Source: a bacterium (GTDB lineage Bacteria > UBP14 > UBA6098 > B30-G16). Taken from it: a stretch of 32,000 nt of DNA. Location of the stretch: contig JAUWMV010000001.1 in the NCBI GenBank assembly GCA_030613005.1, forward strand, positions 107,289-139,288, given 5' to 3'. The position numbers and the translations under genes were made by a program. The notes under the pieces were generated by a model that was not told the origin of the DNA, searched no databases, and saw nothing but the letters and a program-made list of their open reading frames with translations. This document shows, piece by piece, positions 28,426-32,000 of this stretch; within the stretch, counting starts at the first letter, position 1; each line of letters opens with the position of its first letter.

Positions 28426-29658
28426 ATGATCGATTTTGTTGCACTTTTAAAAAACATGGCATCGGTTCAAGCATCCGACCTTCATTTAAGGGTTAATGTT
28501 AGACCGGTTTACAGAATCCACGGAAAGTTGATTCGGGTTAATTTGCCTGTTGTAACGCAGGAGGATATGGGGAACCTTATTAATACTATTCTAACCCCAT
28601 CTAGAGCGGAACGTTTTAAGAATGAATTAGAATTTGACTTCGCATATCAATTAGATACAGGCGAACGTTTCAGAGTTAATCTGTTCCATCAGCGTGAAAC
28701 ATATGCGGTTGCTATTCGATTAATAAATACTGAAATACCAACATTTGATGAACTGCAACTTCCACAGGTTATGAAAAAAATTGCAAATACTAGAAGAGGA
28801 ATAGTGCTTGTAACTGGGGTCACAGGTTCTGGAAAGTCAACATCTCTTGCTTCAACAATCGATTATATCAATACAGTCAGAGCCGAGAATATAATAACAA
28901 TAGAAGATCCTATCGAATACCTTTATACAAACAAGAAAAGTATAATTGCTCAGAGAGAATTAGGATTGGATACATTATCTTTTGCCGAGTCTCTTAGAAG
29001 AGCCATGCGTCAGGACCCCGACGTTATATTGTTAGGAGAGATCAGAGATATGGAGACTATGCAAATAGCTCTCATGGCTGCAGATACTGGTCATTTAGTG
29101 CTTTCAACACTTCATACTTTGGATTCACTCCAAACTATCTATAGAATTCTCTCTTTCTTCCCACCGCATCAGCATCAAGAGATTAGATTAGTTCTGTCTT
29201 CAACGCTGAGAGCAATAATATCGCAAAGACTTGTACCTCGTTCTGATACACCCGGTCGAGTTCCAGCTGTTGAAGTTTTAATTGGAACAGCAGCAGTTAA
29301 AGAATGTATTGTCCAGTCGGGGAAAACAGCATCTATTAGAGACTTGATCTCTGAAGGTACAGTTCAATATGGAATGCAGACAATTGACCAGTCTCTTTTC
29401 TTTTTCTACCGAAGAGGTATGATATCTTTAGAGACTGCGTTGAATAATGCATCAAATCCCGATGATTTCAAACTTCGTGTGGCTGGAATTGTTGGTGGTT
29501 CCGACAAAGGGTGGAAAGAATTCGAAATCGAGAGTAGTAGGACGAGAAAAGAGCAGAAATCTGAAGATTCTAGTTCAATTAAAACTACGGATATAGCTGA
29601 TCACTCTGGCTCCTCAGAGGATAAACCGTTGGGTGAAGATAGAGGTTTTAATATTTAA
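28426..29658 (+). CDS. PilT-family type IV pilus retraction/twitching ATPase
   Basis: Walker A GVTGSGKSTS, IEDPIEYLYTNKKSIIAQRELGLDTLSFAESLRRAMRQDPDVILLGEIRD and ASDLHLRVN N-terminus. ATG 28426 (GGAG upstream) is preferred over GTG 28417. Confidence 0.9.
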   Translation: MIDFVALLKNMASVQASDLHLRVNVRPVYRIHGKLIRVNLPVVTQEDMGNLINTILTPSRAERFKNELEFDFAYQLDTGERFRVNLFHQRETYAVAIRLINTEIPTFDELQLPQVMKKIANTRRGIVLVTGVTGSGKSTSLASTIDYINTVRAENIITIEDPIEYLYTNKKSIIAQRELGLDTLSFAESLRRAMRQDPDVILLGEIRDMETMQIALMAADTGHLVLSTLHTLDSLQTIYRILSFFPPHQHQEIRLVLSSTLRAIISQRLVPRSDTPGRVPAVEVLIGTAAVKECIVQSGKTASIRDLISEGTVQYGMQTIDQSLFFFYRRGMISLETALNNASNPDDFKLRVAGIVGGSDKGWKEFEIESSRTRKEQKSEDSSSIKTTDIADHSGSSEDKPLGEDRGFNI

Positions 29659-29938
29659 TTTATGTATCATCGAGCTTTTCTCTGGTGATTTGTTAAATTT
29701 TATATTGAAATATCTGAGAAATCAGGTATGATAGCTTTTAATGACGCAGCCAAAAGGGCAGAAATTATTTGTGTTAGATTTTATATTGTTCTCTAATAAT
29801 TGATTACTATTCTTATTCCATATGCTTGAAAACGACTTTTTGACAATTTAATGTTTCAACGATAAGTCTAAATAAGAGTTTTCCGTATATGTTGCGTATA
29901 ATTTTATATTTTAATGCAATAATAGTTATCATTGATTA

Positions 29939-32000
29939 ATGAGGTTTGATTTGGGTAATAAGGGGAAAAACCATTCAAATTTTGTAACCGAGATATCGCA
30001 GTTAAAGCAACGATTTCTCGAATTGGATAAACTTATTAAGGATGGTTTTTCCTTAAGGGATATATTAAATCCAAAAATTTTAAATACAATATTCGATAGT
30101 GATAACGTTGGTGTTCTTATTGCTAACAAGGATAGTATATTGTTGTATATTAATTCTGCTGCAAGTGCATTAATTGATTATAAATATGAGGAATTAAGTA
30201 AACAAAAATTATGGGATGTCTTAGGAATATCCAATGAGAAAGATGGCGTAGAATTTTGGAAGAAGTTAATCTCTCAAAAAAACAAAATAGGGAAATTGAA
30301 GATTTCAAGAAAAGATATACTAGTATTGAATGTAGATTATGAATTAACGATAAATAATAATATAGATCTGTATCAATTATTAATATATGATATAGATTCA
30401 GAAGTCAATGAAGTTCATAAAAATTATCGCGGTGAATCTCTCTATTTGGATATTATACAAAATATTGATGATGCAATTATAGTAATAGACTATGATTGGA
30501 GATTAATTTGCTTCAATGAAGCTGCAAAACGGATTGTTAAAAGACCTCTCGATAAGATACTTAATAAGAAAATAACTAAAATATATCCTGAGATTATGAA
30601 ACATGAATTGTTCGATAAATTCAAATATTATTTAGAAAATAGGAAGGGAAGTATAGAGGAAATAAAACTGAAAACACCTCAAGGAACTTACCAGTGGTTT
30701 AGTGTAAATATTAAACCAACCTATAGAGGTGTTTTTGTACATATTAGAGATATAACCGAAAGGAAAAATTCTAGTGAGATGTTAAAATATTTTCGATCAA
30801 TATTTAACTTAACATCTGAATGTATATTTGTTATTAAACCAGAAAATATGCACTTTATTAATGTTAACGAAGCAGCATGTAAAATATTAGGATACGATTA
30901 CAATGATTTTCTTAAGATTGGTCCTGAAGATATCGACGTTAACTTCGATAAAACGAATATAAATTATAAAGTAGATGAATTTAGAGAAAATAAGGAACCC
31001 CGAATATTTGAAACTATATACAAAAGTATCGACGGAGTGATTGTTCCAGTAGAAGTTACAACCCAAATGGTAGATTCAGATGTTAGTAGTGTTGTTGTTG
31101 TTACAGTTAAAGATATTTCTGACCGAATGATTGCTGAGCTATCTATAAAAGAAAGCGAAATGAAGTTTAGAAGTATTTTTGAGCAGTATATAGATGGATT
31201 TATTCTTACAAATGAATATGGTAGAATTGTTAAATGGAACATGGGAATGCAAGAAATTACAGGTTTAAAGCGTTCGGAAGCTATTGGGAAATTTGTATGG
31301 GATATTCTTTTTCAGCTTCAACCCGAAAATTTCAAAAGTCCAGAGGCTTTTAGAGTATTAAAAAGGAAATTTATCAAACTGTTTAAAACTGGTAGTGCAG
31401 AATGGTTAAATAAGCATCATACTTTGGAAATCCAAACTTACGATGGTTTGCTCAAAGTTATCGAATCTACTCCTTTTCAAGTTATGAGTGAAACAGGTAT
31501 GTTGTTAGGTGCGATTTCACGAGATATAACGCATTACAAAACTACAGAGAAACAAGCTATAGAAACTGATATGAAATTGAAGGAAACTCTTCGCAGACTG
31601 AGTGAAATTAATGAAAAAACAATACAACATGAACGTTTGGCTGTTATTGGTAAACTTGCTGCTGGTATAACTCATGATTTCAGTAATCTACTTCAGGGTA
31701 TTATGGGATCAGCAGAAATAGTTTTATTTGACAAGTCAATAAAACAGTCGTCGAGAGATAGACTTAAAGTCATTTTAGATCAATCAGAGAAAGCTGCAAA
31801 ACTAATTAGACAGTTACTAGATTTCAGCAGAAAAATTACTTCGGAAAAAGCTCAATTAAATTTGGTTCTGTTCACTAAGGAATTAGGTAAGTTTTTAGTT
31901 CGAACGATTCCTGAAAACGTAAATGTTATCTTGAATTATGATTCAGATGAATACTGGGTTTTGGCTGACCCAGTACAACTTCAACAGGTTATTTTAAATC
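29939..32000 (+). CDS. Multi-PAS sensor histidine kinase, 3' end cut by window (not in the supplied ORF track)
   Basis: Manual translation from ATG 29939 gives MRFDLGNKGKNHSNF...; several PAS-like segments (SLYLDIIQNIDDAIIVIDYDWRLICFNEAAKRI, MLKYFRSIFNLTSECIFVIKPENMHFINVNEAACKILGY, MKFRSIFEQYIDGFILTNEYGRIVKWNMGMQEITGL, each with a DIT/DIS tail). HisKA H-box is ERLAVIGKLAAGITHDFSNLLQGIMG. The frame is open to the window end. Confidence 0.9.
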   Translation, partial: MRFDLGNKGKNHSNFVTEISQLKQRFLELDKLIKDGFSLRDILNPKILNTIFDSDNVGVLIANKDSILLYINSAASALIDYKYEELSKQKLWDVLGISNEKDGVEFWKKLISQKNKIGKLKISRKDILVLNVDYELTINNNIDLYQLLIYDIDSEVNEVHKNYRGESLYLDIIQNIDDAIIVIDYDWRLICFNEAAKRIVKRPLDKILNKKITKIYPEIMKHELFDKFKYYLENRKGSIEEIKLKTPQGTYQWFSVNIKPTYRGVFVHIRDITERKNSSEMLKYFRSIFNLTSECIFVIKPENMHFINVNEAACKILGYDYNDFLKIGPEDIDVNFDKTNINYKVDEFRENKEPRIFETIYKSIDGVIVPVEVTTQMVDSDVSSVVVVTVKDISDRMIAELSIKESEMKFRSIFEQYIDGFILTNEYGRIVKWNMGMQEITGLKRSEAIGKFVWDILFQLQPENFKSPEAFRVLKRKFIKLFKTGSAEWLNKHHTLEIQTYDGLLKVIESTPFQVMSETGMLLGAISRDITHYKTTEKQAIETDMKLKETLRRLSEINEKTIQHERLAVIGKLAAGITHDFSNLLQGIMGSAEIVLFDKSIKQSSRDRLKVILDQSEKAAKLIRQLLDFSRKITSEKAQLNLVLFTKELGKFLVRTIPENVNVILNYDSDEYWVLADPVQLQQVILN

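Overview
The window is an ordinary, densely packed, AT-rich bacterial chromosomal region from a Gram-negative-type (diderm) organism. Evidence for a diderm is the LptB/LptC pair, a heptose-kinase-like RfaE1 domain protein and PBP2. A GWxTD-domain protein hints at an FCB-group or candidate-phylum-like lineage (inference only). Recognisable genes, in order: sppA (3' part), asd, small membrane ORF (-), dCMP deaminase, nrdR, TPR protein, rfaE1-like kinase, queD-like, uvrA (-), a ThuA/GATase-like exported protein, lptC-like, lptB, mazE, disrupted mazF, dnaJ (-), YugP-like metallopeptidase (-), NHL-repeat protein, rlmD-like, xerC/D, GWxTD protein, hisS, purH, cmk, rpsA, rpsT, mrdA/PBP2 (-), accB, pilT-like, and a PAS histidine kinase cut by the window end. 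I found no CRISPR array, transposon, prophage, rRNA or tRNA, and no convincing new multi-gene system. The best observation is at mazEF. The mazF start region, overlapping the mazE stop, encodes MVRNAFYLPDRGD and then runs out of frame just before TFEPHEGHEQSGRRP. This looks like loss of about 11 nt that removed the conserved N-terminal beta-strand. Secondary observations are an exported family of uncertain function next to lptC/lptB, and a perfect 8-bp inverted repeat between mrdA and accB whose arms each contain TTGACA.
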